From positions 11,022,795 through 11,086,794 of the forward strand of contig NC_092670.1 of assembly GCF_964355755.1 (NCBI RefSeq): a stretch of DNA of 64,000 bases. Reading direction: 5' to 3'. Position numbers and translations under genes: made by a program. Under the pieces are notes generated by a model. It searched no databases, was not told the DNA's origin, and worked only from the letters and a program-made list of their open reading frames with translations. This stretch comes from Antedon mediterranea (lineage: Eukaryota > Animalia > Echinodermata). Shown here piece by piece: positions 1-13,059 of this stretch. How positions within the stretch are numbered: the stretch's first letter is position 1; each line of letters starts with the position of its first letter.

Positions 1-146
1 TGACCAATAATCAAATCTGATGTAATAATAAAACAATTAAAGCGTTAAATTTGACTGTTATAAGACAAAGTTTAATGTACCCTACCTAGTGAGTTTACTG
101 GTAAAATTATTAAATAAAGAAGTTAAATTTAATTTTGTTCTTTTAG

Positions 147-197
147 GCCTGAAGCTGTTCATTGTGGGTGTCTTCCATTGTGTCCTAACCAGCTGGT
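147..197 (+). pseudogene. GTDC1: Truncated copy of a GTDC1/QTMAN 3' exon
   Basis: Acceptor tgttcttttAG, then (P)[16 protein letters not shown]; nearly identical to 30546-30596 but similarity stops before the donor. Confidence 0.7.
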
Positions 198-2263
198 CAA
201 ATCTTATGAGTTCAGAGTTCTCAACTTGCTATAGGCCTAATTGATTTCAGTAGTTTGGATACAAAAATTCTGTAGTAATTACACAATTTCAATAGTTGTC
301 TACATGTTTCAGAGCATGTACAAAATGAGATTCAGAAAGAATATCACACTGTGATTGTGTTTTGACAAATTGTAATCTAGAAATGGAAATGGAAATCCAG
401 AACAAGGGCTTTTCGTGGATCGATTGTGGGTCGATGATTTGTCCATCATAAATTTGTGTTTTATTAGGGGTTCTCATAATTGTAAGCCAAATCATAAATT
501 AATATCTCCATTTCCATATATTAGATGGCAGCACTTAAATAAGTAATTCAATATTCAAATATTAAAGATGTACTGTATTGTCCCTTTGATTAATTCAAAA
601 AAACTTTTGAAGTATCATAATAGTTATAAACTTTCACCCAAAATTTTACTAAATTTAACTAAAATACAGACGTTTTTTTGTTAAAAAAGTAACTTTGACT
701 TCCAGTCAAAGTTTTCGATCAAAACATATCTCATAATGCAACACGCTTTTTTGGCTACTCTGTATGCATAATCATAAAACTTCCTCGCGATCTGTGCGAA
801 ACACATTCTCAACCGTGACGAGTTGTAAACAATCCTAATTAGCAGCATACTCGTGGTTTAAAATCTTTGTTTATTTTCTTGCTATAATTTTCCAGATGAA
901 ATGTAATCAAATTAATTTACCTGTTAATTACGTAAACTTGTTGTTTTTGGCTCAAATTTTTGACCTAAAGTGAATAACTTTAAGGTTTGAGACGTTTCTA
1001 GTATAAATTATATTTAGACATACATCACTTCCAACCCATAACACCTCAGTGACAGTTTTTTAAAAATATAGTTTAAAACATTTCCAGTAGAGTTTCAGCC
1101 ATGTTGATAGGCCTATGACCCACCCCAAACTTAAAATTCAATTCAAATTGAGAGCCTACTACCATTAGCCCAAGCAAAAATCCCCACTATTCCCTTTACC
1201 GCAACTCCCCCCTACCCTCCTGACTTTGTGAATTTGTTTAATGTAGTTTAAAACCTTCACAGTACAATTGCAGTCATTTTGATACCCATATGTATGGTTA
1301 CGTGCAGAAACAGAAATTTGTATAACGAACAGAAAAACACAAAAAGTGGAAAAAAGGTTGGGAATTTTGACCCATAACTTGTATTCCAGATGGCGGATGA
1401 TGCTCAAATACAGTTTACAACCTTCCGGTACCATTACGGTCATTTTGATACCCCATATGTGTGCAGTAACAAAAATGTGTATAACTAACATACAAACATC
1501 AAAGTATCAAGCAGATTAATAAGTTAAATTCATACAAAAAGAATTGATCAAAGTTTTGTTTTTTTCTGAAAGTGATTTTTGACGCTAATACATTCAAAGT
1601 TGAATTTTGTAGTTGTTTATTTGCTCTTTAAAGTTTAATACTTTCACTTTACCTTGGAAAATACATTAGCATTCATCTTGTGTTTCTTTATGTCACTAAT
1701 TTCCTTGATCAAAACCAATTGAATATATATATATATATAATATACATTCATTGTAAGTTTTTATTTAATTTTTAATCATTTCAAAACTAGATTCAATTTA
1801 AAAACTTCAGCAAATATCCATTGAAAATACTCCTAAATTAGATTAAAAATTACTAATTATTATTAATTAAAATATAGGAAATACTGATTTATGATTAGAT
1901 ATCAATTTGATTTTATTAATTAAAAACAATAATAATAATGTTACTATTGTATTAGCATAGTTTTAAATAATACAATTAATATTGTTTTTACAGAATGACT
2001 TATGATTATTTGGTATAATATTTAAAAATGATTAATAATAAAACATTAATTGTTACTAATATTATATAATTTAAAATACAAAATGAAAAATTCCGTTTAA
2101 TAGATTTTAAACAAATAACAGTTGATATGGCAATATATTTGATTAATATGTTATAACATTTGGATTATTATAATAAAATAATTATTCAATGATAAAGCAA
2201 AATGATAATTTAAAAGAAACAAAGAAGAATCTAAATTATTAAATAATTACAGATTCTGATTTG

Positions 2264-2646
2264 TTATGGTGGTCTTATAACCATCATCACTGTTGTCTTA
2301 AAAGATCAAAATAGCGATCCCAGTTGATGCCATTGTAATGAGCTGTACCTGGTGTCAGACAAAGCCCATTCAGGTCTGAATCATGAACATTCTTTTATGG
2401 GGCTCTTTTAACCATCATCACTGTTGTCTTAAAAGATCAAAATAGCGATCCCAGTTGATGCCATTGAGCTGTACCTGGTGTAAGATAAAGCCCATTCAGG
2501 TCTGAATCATGAACATTCTCTTATGGGGCTCTTTTAACCATCATCACTGTTGTCTTAAAAGATCAAAATAGCGATCCCAGTTGATGCCATAGAGCTGTAC
2601 CTGGTGTAAGATAAAGCCCATTCAGGTCTGAATCATGAACATTCTT
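2264..2646 (-). repeat. Three tandem ~126-131 bp degenerate copies of the 3' half of the FReD terminal exon, in the 3'UTR of copy A
   Basis: Units start at 2264, 2395 and 2521; each reads ...DLNGL(Y)LTPGT...GINWDRYF...TVMMV(K)R(A)P* with frameshifts. Confidence 0.9.
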
Positions 2647-2912
2647 TTATGGGGCTCTTTTAACCATCATCACTGTCTTCTTGAGACTGTAGTACCTACT
2701 ATGGAAATTCCACCAGCTGGTGCCTGTCAAACCCTCTGTACCTGGTGTAAGGTAAAGCCCATTCAGGTTTGAATGATGACAACTATTGTACCACCAAACA
2801 CCTTGGTTATACTCAGCACAGTTAGTACCGATCCCGCTACCGCTTCTCTTATCATTGTCTCTATCAGACGTTGAAAATTGTTGACCATTGTGGCGTGATG
2901 TCAAAGGATCAC
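2647..2912 (-). CDS. FReD copy A, terminal exon (fibrinogen P-domain)
   Basis: Acceptor ttgtttAG at 2914-2913, phase 1; GDPLTSRHNGQQFSTSDRDND...CAEYNQGVWWYNSCHHSNLNGLY...MMVKRAP*; no disablements. Confidence 0.9.
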
Positions 2913-3963
2913 CTAAACAAACAAAATCTTAAATCATCTTTAGTTTACTTCATACATCTTTAAATTAAAATTCATTTTTAAATATTTGTTTTTCTTTATA
3001 TTACAAATAAAATAAAAGATATTTGATATAAAAGGGAAAATAAAACACAAATTTATAAACTATTCTTATATATCATATATTCTTTATTTTATTTTTTTTT
3101 TGTCAGAGTTATTATACTTTAAAAGCAATGCATTTTAATATTGAAGAAAGCCAAAGTTATATGATAAGTAAAAAGTGCGATTAATAAAGTACTACTCCTC
3201 CCTTATTCGTTGTAGTATTGAGCTGGGATTTGGCATGAATATACAAAGCCATAGAGCCGGATTTTGAATATCATTGGCTCCTTGTTTAGGGACCACTGAC
3301 TATAAATCCTATTGAATTAGAACAGGTTATGAATGCGTTGAACGTTGCAACATTTAGTAAGGAATTTAATCGTTATTTTTATCCATATGTATTTTTTAAA
3401 TAACAAAAAATATAATATAATGTACCACACAGTGATATATTTTCGACTAGTTAGCCGTTATTGAAGAGATAATAAATAGTGAGTTTTGACAAAAAGTTTT
3501 GCCGCGTTGATCGGTGGGCTAGGCCAGGCCGAGCTAATCGTAGTCGCTACTTTATTGTTGATTTTCTCAAAATGAAGATTTCCTAAGCTATAAATAGTGA
3601 CTCGTATGTTTTCATTAATTTGTTTTTTTTTTTTTTTTACTATTTATACAAATTTATATACTGTATTATTTTTATCAATTATTGCAAAATCTTACTTTTC
3701 AGCCTTTTGGCTGCCGTTGTATTATTGATTTCTTTTTTATGGATAAATATGAAGTGATTTAATAAACCAATTTTAATAAACAACGCCTCATTTTAAAGCT
3801 TATTAAACATAGTTTACAAATATAGCCTATAAATATCTTAAAATTTGTTTACACTACGCCGATTTTGTGATGCCATGCCTCAATTCTGTAGTTACTGGTA
3901 GTAATTATATTTTGTTCACTCTACGAACCTGTTTGTGCAATTATTTAGAATGCTTGTTTGGAT

Positions 3964-4670
3964 ATTAATCATACACATACTGTTGCATTGACTGCCTCAT
4001 AAATGCCTACTACATTAATCATACACATACTGTTGCATTGACTGTCTCATAAATGCCTACTACATTAATCATACACATACTGTTGCATTGACTGCCTCAT
4101 AAATGCCTACTACATTAATCATACACATACTGTTGCATTGACTGCCTCATAAATGCCTACTACATTAATCATACATATACTGTTGCATTGACTGCCTCAT
4201 AAATGCCTACGACATTAATCATACACATACTGTTGCATTGACTGCCTCATAAATGCCTACTACATTAATCATACACATACTGTTGCATTGACTGCCTCAT
4301 AAATGCCTACTACATTAATCTTACACATACTGTTGCATTGACTGCCTCATAAATGTCTACTACATTAATCATACACATATACTGTTGCATTGACTGCCTC
4401 ATAAATGCCTACTACATTAATCAAACACATACTGTTGCATTGACTGCCTCATAAATGCCTACTACATTAATCATACACATACTGTTGCATTGACTGCCTC
4501 ATAAATGCCTACTACATTAATCATACACATACTGTTGCATTGACTGCCTCATAAATGCCTACTACATTAATCATACACATACTGTTGCATTGACTGCCTC
4601 ATAAATGCCTACTACATTAATCATACACATACTGTTGCATTGACTGCCTCATAATTGCCTACTACATTAA
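3964..4670. repeat. 50-bp minisatellite, 14 copies, in the last intron of copy A
   Basis: Unit attaatcatacacatactgttgcattgactgcctcataaatgcctactac. Confidence 0.97.
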
Positions 4671-5331
4671 AACAAACTAAAATCAGTAAATGTAGTAACT
4701 GCAGTAAATGCAGTTTAATAATTTTAACATGATCTATTGTTGTACTGTGTGTGCATTTGCACATTTAAATATAGTTAGATTCGTTTCAGGCCTGTAAGAA
4801 GGAATTGCGAAGTGGGAGGTCCATACCAAAAATGTACTTCATAGACAGTTTACAGAGTACTTTGCATTCAAGGTGATCACCTTTGGGCTTTACATTATAT
4901 TTGAGATGCGACATCAATTGATAATCAAAAAGTATCAAATGATTATTATTTGTTGTTTAAACTTTTAAATATTGTGGTCTAATTATGACATAACTAGTGA
5001 AATTATGGGGCTATTTCACAAAGGCTTAGAATTATTTTTTCATGAGGTTCACGTCAATATCATTATTAGAATTGTTTTGTTCTACTTTTCAGATGTTTAG
5101 AAGCTTTTTTTTTAATGTTTGTCTAATTTCTTTAAGCTAAATTTAATGGAAAGACAACCTCAAATTATGCTGGAACGCTGCTGTGTCTTGTGACTTTAGC
5201 CCTGACTTTAGACCCTGACGCCACCGCTGCTTAGGTACAGTACATGTCTCAAGTTCTTTCCCAGTAGTCAATTTCCTTATCATTTAGCTGTGTTTAATCA
5301 GTCGTAATTCTAACATTATTTTTATACTAAC

Positions 5332-5593
5332 CTGCAGTTCCATTGTATCCACTGATTTTCAAAGTATAGTTAGAGTCCTCAGTACCAACACGAAAGTGAG
5401 AATATTTTGCGATCTTCATTTCATCCAAGTGGTCAGTCATCTCTATTAGAAGCTCAAAACTGCCATCAAATGTTATACGGTGTATCTGTTCATTACCAAG
5501 CCAGAACTCTGAGTTCACATTTCCAAAACCCTCTTTGTATTCTGCCCAATTACGGTAGAAATCGACCAATCCATCTTCTCTTCTTTGTAATAC
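5332..5593 (-). CDS. FReD copy A, penultimate exon (262 nt)
   Basis: cAG|VLQRREDGLVDFYRNWAEYKEGFGNVNSEFWLGNE...YNGTA-G|GTTAGT; same length and phases (0/1) as copy C exon 4; splices in frame to 2912. Confidence 0.9.
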
Positions 5594-5649
5594 CTGGTAA
5601 TGACCATAGATAGTACTTAATGAATAAGATAGTATTGTACTTCACTTAA

Positions 5650-5760
5650 GATGTGTAGAGGTATGAACGCCAGGTTAGTGATCTGGTCGGTCGTAAGTTC
5701 GAGTTCCACCACAGAATTACTTGTCGAAGTATTCTCAATGTACTTAAAGTACAAATTATG
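5650..5760 (+). mobile_element. Possible tRNA-derived SINE remnant
   Basis: A-box-like gtgtagaggt and B-box-like gttcgagttcc at tRNA-like spacing; no complete cloverleaf. Confidence 0.35.
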
Positions 5761-5984
5761 TCATACTGTAGTAGGGCAAAACATCTGACCAATTACTTAA
5801 CACCCTGACGCAAAGCAACTCCACAGTAGTTACAAACAATTTAAGATATGATCATGATGCATGACAAATGTGTAATTATATACATGTGTTTGTGCACAAT
5901 GCATGTTTCAAAGATTGCTTTGAAATGCAGGACCATCCTGCACAATGCAAAAAAAATCATAAAGTATGAAAACATTTGGTTAAT

Positions 5985-7210
5985 AAAAGACCTGCTTTAT
6001 TATACATTATCATTATTGTAATTATATCTATTAATCGAGTCAAATGCCTTTTTAAAGACAAGATATCTTCAATTAGTCTTATATTTTAGTGTATATTTCT
6101 TTCTTTAACAAAAACGCTTTGATCATAACTAATAATGGAATAACTTTTTTTAGTCTCGCTGCTAAGCATTTGGTTAGAATGTTATAGTCTATGTTTAAAT
6201 GACTCCTAATAGGACGCCAATTATCTAGTGAGTGGCGGGGTAAATCTTTCCCCGCTACAGTAAAAAAAAAAAAGGAAAAATTACCATTGATGATGAAACA
6301 CATCCTCTTCACAAACATTTTGCCCTCATGAATTCTGGCATAAGACTACGTGCACTTAATACCAAAACAAAACGGTTTAGGTGCTCGTTTGTACCTAATG
6401 CTTTACACTTATATAACTCCAGAGTACAAAGATAAAACGTAACCGCTTTTGTTTATTTTTACAGCTCACGCATGTATTTTTAATGCTTTTATATAAACTT
6501 TAAATCATCGTTAGTGCAATATAATAATAAATCATATAATATAATTAAATAATAATAATATTTATCTAATTTTAACAATTTTTAGCCTTGTAACTTTTTG
6601 TGTGTGTTTTGTAAATAGTATTTTATATTTATATTTTTGTATTTTGCCAGTTTTCAAATCACATTTCTGTTTTTTAAATGGACAATAAAGTATATATGAC
6701 TATGACTATATGACTATGACTATGACTATTTGTATAGCGTTATGACACCTTTATTTTGAGATTTTGTTAATTCACTAAATTTGTATGATCATTAAATGCA
6801 TTCACTACTAGTTGTCCTACGTTAACCCAGAATCTTTTATAAATTCAGGTGAGAGCCCATCATACCCAGAGCTTTTATTATTTTCAATCATTTTTAGTGC
6901 ATTTAAACATTCCTCATAGATATACCTTCACATACATTTTTATCTAGTTTCGGTAAAGTAATGCCATCTAGAAATGATCCTAAATTTTCTGTAAGTGTGT
7001 CGTTTTCAGATCTATATAGTTCAGAAAAGAAACTGACCTGCATGTTTAAAATGTCAGAGTTTGAGTTTTTTTATACCTCTCATTTTTTCTAGATTCAACA
7101 AGTATTTTGATGACCTTTCACATTTTTCGCACCACTTTTCAAGAGATCTTATATGAATGCCTCTAACTACGTGCTCGTAAAGCGTTTCACATTCCGATTT
7201 TACCTTGTTA
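5985..7210 (-). mobile_element. Degenerate L1/Tx1-type LINE ORF2 relic, interrupted at about 6265-6810
   Basis: LDNWRPI..LNIDYNILTKCLAARLKKVIP..DQSVFVKERNI..NIRLIEDI and, at ~6840-6900, IENNKSSGYDGLSPEF; many frameshifts. Confidence 0.8.
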
Positions 7211-7664
7211 TATTGACGTTTAAGATTAATGTTTTGTGGTGATTTTGTTAGTTCATCATACTGTTTGTGTCTTCTTTATAACTTACTTAAATTTGACTTA
7301 TTTTATTTTTTCTTGGATTTTGTATATTCAATAAATAACTATATATTCCTAAATACAGACTGGTTTATTCATCTAGTAGAAGAAATTTCGGGGTGAAAGA
7401 TAATAATTTTAATTATTATCTTTCACCCCGAAATTAGTACTTACATTAGTACTAATTTTTGATTGAATTTTAACTTGAAATGTATTTTAGTTGTTTTTAG
7501 TTGTCTTTTTCAATGATAAGATGAGATAAGATAACTTTTATTGATCCTCAAAAAGGAAATTCATTGCTCGTCATAATAACAAAGAAAACACAATAAAAAC
7601 AAATATAGCATAAAACCATTCATATAAAAACATCTAAAAAATGAATGAAGATAAAATGAATAAT

Positions 7665-8345
7665 ACAAAAGATGTTTTTAATGTTTTATTGTTGAACTGC
7701 TATTGGTTAAAAAGTGCTTTGCACTCCATCAGCAACCTTGTAGATGAGACAAATTGTGAACACTGGCTTAAAACCCAGTATCGATCCGGAAGGAACGAAT
7801 CTCGGACGTCCCTATGGGGGCATGAGATTCATCTGTAAATTAACGCCTAATATTGTATTTAAAAATATCAATCTAGAGATTGAGGGGCTCAGTGCTATTC
7901 AAATTATTAATAACTGCAAGATAATCCTAACTATCATAGGCATATATCCACCTCACTTCGATGGATTGGCTGCCCAGATACAGTACGCTCCCTTTTAATG
8001 CACTATCGATGAGTGCGAGTCCAGCCCACTTATGATCGGTTTTTTAATGCCTTCCTTCATCAAAATAATACTATAAGTTAATAATTGGTATAATACTCAT
8101 CCCTATGATACAAATAGTTTTCTTTTATATGATTTTCTTTTATTGACAACAAGTTTTCAGTTTGTAACTTGGCATATAATAAACAACCCTGTGATTTCAC
8201 ATATTTTAAAGGGCGTAACAAAAGTTATATTGATCAAGTTAACGATTTCTCTCGGAGTAAAGTAAAAGGCTGTCAGATTCTTAATTCCTTCTTGGATAGT
8301 ATGTGTGACCACCTACCAATGATAACTTCTGTAGAACTTGATGTG
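7665..8345 (+). mobile_element. Degenerate apurinic-endonuclease domain of a non-LTR retrotransposon
   Basis: Broken frames give LNCYWLKS..EHWL..GRPYGG..IIGIYPP..FTY..SYID..DHLP, the conserved APE motif order. Confidence 0.75.
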
Positions 8346-8462
8346 CTATATAAGAATCAGCCTCCAAACGGCCATTGTGATTACATTGATTGTATATGTT
8401 GTACAAGACTCACGGTGACGAGTTTGGCTATCGTGCAACGCATCGTAACATACAGATGATAT

Positions 8463-9567
8463 TTATTAGGCTTAGCCTATAGTAAGCTGCACCACAACAA
8501 TTATAAAAACAGCATAGCATCGATAAAAATCGTTCAACAAGCGTCAACAGTTGACTGTGTTGGCATTGTAAACGGTTTAGTTGACGGTTACTTTTTATTT
8601 TACACCACCCACTTTTATTTCATTGTTTGAATAATATGATGATATTTTCAAATTAAAAAGTTCATGTGTCTGAAGGAGAATGTTAATAAATAATAAATTG
8701 GAAGAAAATTGATTGAATTTGACAAACTGTGCCGAAAGAGATAAAAATCCAATTTTTAAAATTAGATGGCCATATGATGACGTCATAACATACTTACGGT
8801 CTAAATTTCACATGAAAACAGATCTACAACTAAAAATAAGGGGCTCACCAGGCATCCCGGAGAGCTATAATCGATTCAAAATAGGCATATTTTTACACAA
8901 ATTTGCATAAAATTAACTATTTTAGGTGCACGATTTTTAAAGTTTAACGTGCGTGTGTGTCAATATTTTACATTCATAATTCCTCAAAAATTAAAAGTAC
9001 TTATCATAAAAGGTATACAGAACAACAATCGCGTACAAAAACGGTCTGTCTAAGCTGCGTACGAGTGAAGTACGCAAAAGCGTGCGTGCAACACGAAATT
9101 GTTTATAAAATGTGAACTGCTTAAAATGTCCTGAAACGTGTAGAAAGTTGATTAGAAATTGATTTTGAGCATTTTCAACTTTCAAAGCTCGCATACGCAT
9201 GAAAATACCAATGTTCAAAATGTTGCTGATGATACAGGAAGATTCCCTTGACATGAAGCATCCGTGTGTCCAAGTTTCATTTGAAAAAGGCTGTTAGTTT
9301 TGAATTTACAGTCAATTTAAGAATTTCAGGAAATCGCACGTAGTTACGCTACGCGAACATTTTCATTAAACCAAAGTTTGTTGAACAACTACATTTATAC
9401 GTGCATCTTCTGTCCAAGTTACAACATAACTGCTATTGCCGTTTTCGAGATCTGCGACCAACAAAAAATGAGCAGAAAAAATTACATTTTTGACAATAAC
9501 AATAGGCTATCACTCTACAGAGAGCGATAACCTAATTATCACTCTACAGAGAGCGTTAGCCTAATAA
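8463..9567. mobile_element. Non-autonomous Helentron/HINE-like element
   Basis: Short inverted ends ttattaggct / agcctaataa and a duplicated terminal hairpin (tatcactctacagagagcgata); related decayed sequence at ~10860-11240. Confidence 0.5.
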
Positions 9568-9584
9568 ATACAAATACTACTTAC

Positions 9585-9672
9585 TTCTTAGTGGGCATAC
9601 ATCAGTATCTGCTATTGTTTGACTGGCAGCCAACACAACCAACATACAGCCAATTACTATCTTTGAATTCAT
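9585..9672 (-). CDS. Candidate first exon encoding a signal peptide (orphan)
   Basis: aaaATG start; MNSKIVIGCMLVVLAASQTIADTDVCPLR + 1 nt, then canonical GTAAGT donor (phase 1). Confidence 0.55.
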
Positions 9673-10154
9673 TTTGTATCAAACTTAACTTTCTAATAGA
9701 AATATTTTTTATCCTGCTATGTCTCCTTTTATTATGCTCCAAGCTGAATAATAAATCCGATTAAACATTGTATCTTACCAAGGGAGAGGTGTACAATTAA
9801 TCCTGCCTTAAAGGAGATTAAACATTCAACCTTTGGAAGCAATTATTCCTGTTTTATAATTCTTGGGAGTGGTCTGGATTTCCCATATTTCCGTAAGTAG
9901 ATTAAACATCACATTTGGAAGCAATTATTCCTGTTTTATAATTCTTGAATTAATAATTCTTTAAATACTTCAAGTCTCATTTCTCATTATCTTTTGGATA
10001 ATGTATTTGGTTATTTCATCAATTATCTTCCTATCATTTTTTTTACCATTTCTTAATTACCATTTTTTACCCATAAAAAAAGTGAATTGTGTTCCTGATG
10101 ATGGTAAACATCACTTAAAAAAAAAATTAATGATAACATTATGATACTTTCTTA

Positions 10155-10280
10155 AGCTCTGTCTATACCATCAAACTGTATGTGATGTGCCCATATGTAA
10201 ATCATTACCATTTTGGGCATATCACTATCATATTTGAGCAGATCACACTTTTTTTTGTCAAACTAGTTTGATAGTGTATT
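10155..10280. mobile_element. Small MITE; inverted second copy at ~59832-59990
   Basis: Inverted ends ..ctataccatcaaact / agtttgatagtgta.. and shared internal gtgatgtgccca motif. Confidence 0.55.
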
Positions 10281-10653
10281 GTCTCCCAAAATCATGACAA
10301 ATAAAGATTTATAAAAACAAACTTTGAATATGCAAAATTTTGTCCACTTATTTTTAAAAGGACATCCATGACTTAAATAGTTTTCTCGTGGAAGACAGCT
10401 AGCCACCACAAACATTCTGGAATCCATTGAAAGATACGATCTTGGTAGAGCAAATTCAATATGTCGGTGTAATTGCACATTGAGCCACTTAAAAAAATAG
10501 AAAGAACCCGGTCAAAGATCCCTCGAACCAAACCTGAATAAAAGTTGAAGAAAGATTTCTCATTGTATTTACTATACAGTAACCACTTTGGCGCGGATAG
10601 TAATGTTACATACCGCAATGAATCATAATTTTTTTACTATGATGACATCTTTA

Positions 10654-10695
<42 letters not shown>

Positions 10696-11411
10696 TTAAT
10701 ATATGAACATTTTAAAGAAGGTTAATGTTAATTTTGTTATTTCGGTCTTGATTGTCGAAATTAATGTTTTAAAATTTAATATGCAATTAATTAATGATTT
10801 AATCAACATTTTTTTTCTTAATTTCATAATAAATCACACATATGATACATACAGTTTATGAAAATGCAAAATAGGAGTTCTCGAACATTCGGACGACCTA
10901 TGTTAATTTTAAAATTTAGCATCTTTTCACCATTTTCTTAACTTACACTTGCGTAGCCTGTCACTTTTGACGTGCTTGTATAACGTGGTTTTAAGTTGAA
11001 AATAAAATATGATGAAATTATTAAAGAAAGGTTGTAAAACAGAAATCGGGCAAAAAGAGTGCGTATTAACGCTTAACGCGCAGTGCGCGTGCAAAAATCT
11101 GCGCACTCATAGCAATTCTTTAACCGCTTAAAATTGCCTGAAATTTATTCTAATTACATCCAAAATAAATTTTAAGCACGCATACGCATGCGTTATATGC
11201 GCTACAATTGTCTCAATACACTTAATAACGTTCTAGAGCGTTTAGCTGGCTTTAACCATGTGGTTTTCTACCTCGAGCATAACCTTATTCGCTATATGGC
11301 AGTATTCAAGTAATTAAAATGTTGAATAGCATTTAATCAGATTTACATTTGGTAAAACTTAGGGTTCAAAGCATCATACAATAAGAAGATCATTACGAAT
11401 GTTACGAGGTA

Positions 11412-12754
11412 TCTATATTATAAATTTACGTAAGGGCAAAATTCGGTAAATCGCGCCTTACTTTTAGAATTTGTACTCGATGGTATATAAAGTTGGTTCG
11501 TACTTTCGGTATTGATTTTAACCACCTGATGTAACCCTGTTTACTAATTAGATTAAGTTAGATAATTAGTTATTGACGATTAAAACGAATTTAGGTTCAA
11601 CGATTTGCCCCAAATAGGGGTGTTTTCCGATCGTGGTATACACTATTTAATGGATGTCCATCTTGAAAAATACCCGCCACAAAAATGCGAGGAGGCTTCG
11701 CATTTTCCTATCTCCTCCTACGATAATTGTTTTTAATGGCTGAAAACCGGTTGAACAGCTAGAGTACAGCATCATAATGTTGAAGACAGGCCGATTTTCT
11801 TTAAAAAATACTATTTTGATAGATATACGTTTATACAAATGTATTGATTTGCGATGAATGGAACATCCCAATCTCTCAGTCTGCCAGAGTTTGGTTTAAC
11901 ACAAGTAGGTAAATTTATGAGCCCTTGGTTTAACACATGCGGTAGGTAAATATATGGGCCCTTTGAGAATAAACTTGCAATACTTTGACAATACTGTAAA
12001 TACCTATTAACTATTGTTGGTCCTCATTTGAATCGAACATTCGGGCGAACAATTCTTACTGTGAATGTTCGTACTGTTAGATTTAATATAAAAATATATA
12101 CAAATAAACTTTATTACTGAGATTGTGAATAGGCTCTACTGTTAGATATATAAACACGTTATTATATACAAATTAACTTTATACTGACAGTTCCTTCTCA
12201 ACGTTTGTATTAATTAATAATTAACAAAAATATAAACGTCGTAGTGGTGTATCGTGACACGTACTTTAATATTTCAATCGATTATGACAGTGACAGTTTT
12301 AACAAAGTATTATTTATTAAATCGCAAATGTTTTACTGTATTTACAGGTATAGTATTTATAGGCCTATAAAACATGAAAAAAATATTTCGTTACTGAGTG
12401 GATAAAGAATATATTTAAAAAGTGTTCCTCTTTGTACCTATCCGCTTTGCCATCCCTCAACCCTAATGTTACATACAAAACACAAATTGGGGTTCTTTAA
12501 ATGAGTCCAAATTTTTGATTTGGACTCATTTTGATAAGTTTCTCCTTCGGAAGTAATTCCCAGGGTGCTAATTATAGTTGACTACAAAAATCATCGTGTC
12601 TATTTATTCGTTTCTGTAAACGACAAAGTATTATAGTCCTTCGGTACGTACATTTGAAATCGCCAGTTTTGCTACGCTGAAATTACTGTGTATTCGAGAA
12701 CCATTTGTGGGCACGACCTAGATGGTACGCGAGCGAAGCGAGCGTACCATCTAG
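11412..12754 (+). mobile_element. Non-autonomous Helitron, family 1
   Basis: a|TCTATAT.. 5' end; 3' hairpin ctagatggtacgcgagcgaagcgagcgtaccatCTAG|t; A-T target; copies at 35909, 42842 and 55831. Confidence 0.9.
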
Positions 12755-13059
12755 TTTTAAAAATTTATATTATATAATATAAAAAAAATTTAATTTCAAA
12801 TATTATCATTATTATTACTTACTGGTTTTAGTAGAGTTCTTTCAAGTTCTGTCTGAATGTTTGTCTTTTCTTTAATTTAAATGTACAATTACTGTATACA
12901 TAAATGAAGTATAATGATCCCTACATCTATATTGTTATTTAGGATGTGGATAAAGATAATTATGTTATTATGTTACTATCTAAGTGCTATTAATTTTATG
13001 ATGCCGTTCGATTGTGTTGATTATTATATTACTAAAAATATTACTCTAATTGAGCTCGG

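Noticed and set aside
3964-4670. CRISPR-like regular repeat (also 34362-35576)
   Set aside because: Head-to-tail 50-bp units with no unique spacers, in a eukaryotic intron.
5925-5950. CAGW peptide as the missing exon 3 of copy A
   Set aside because: No donor site, no VYC or DC motifs upstream; adjacent to the L1 relic.
11647-11871. Conserved ORF also seen at 36925-37173
   Set aside because: Similarity is due to Helitron copies, not coding constraint.
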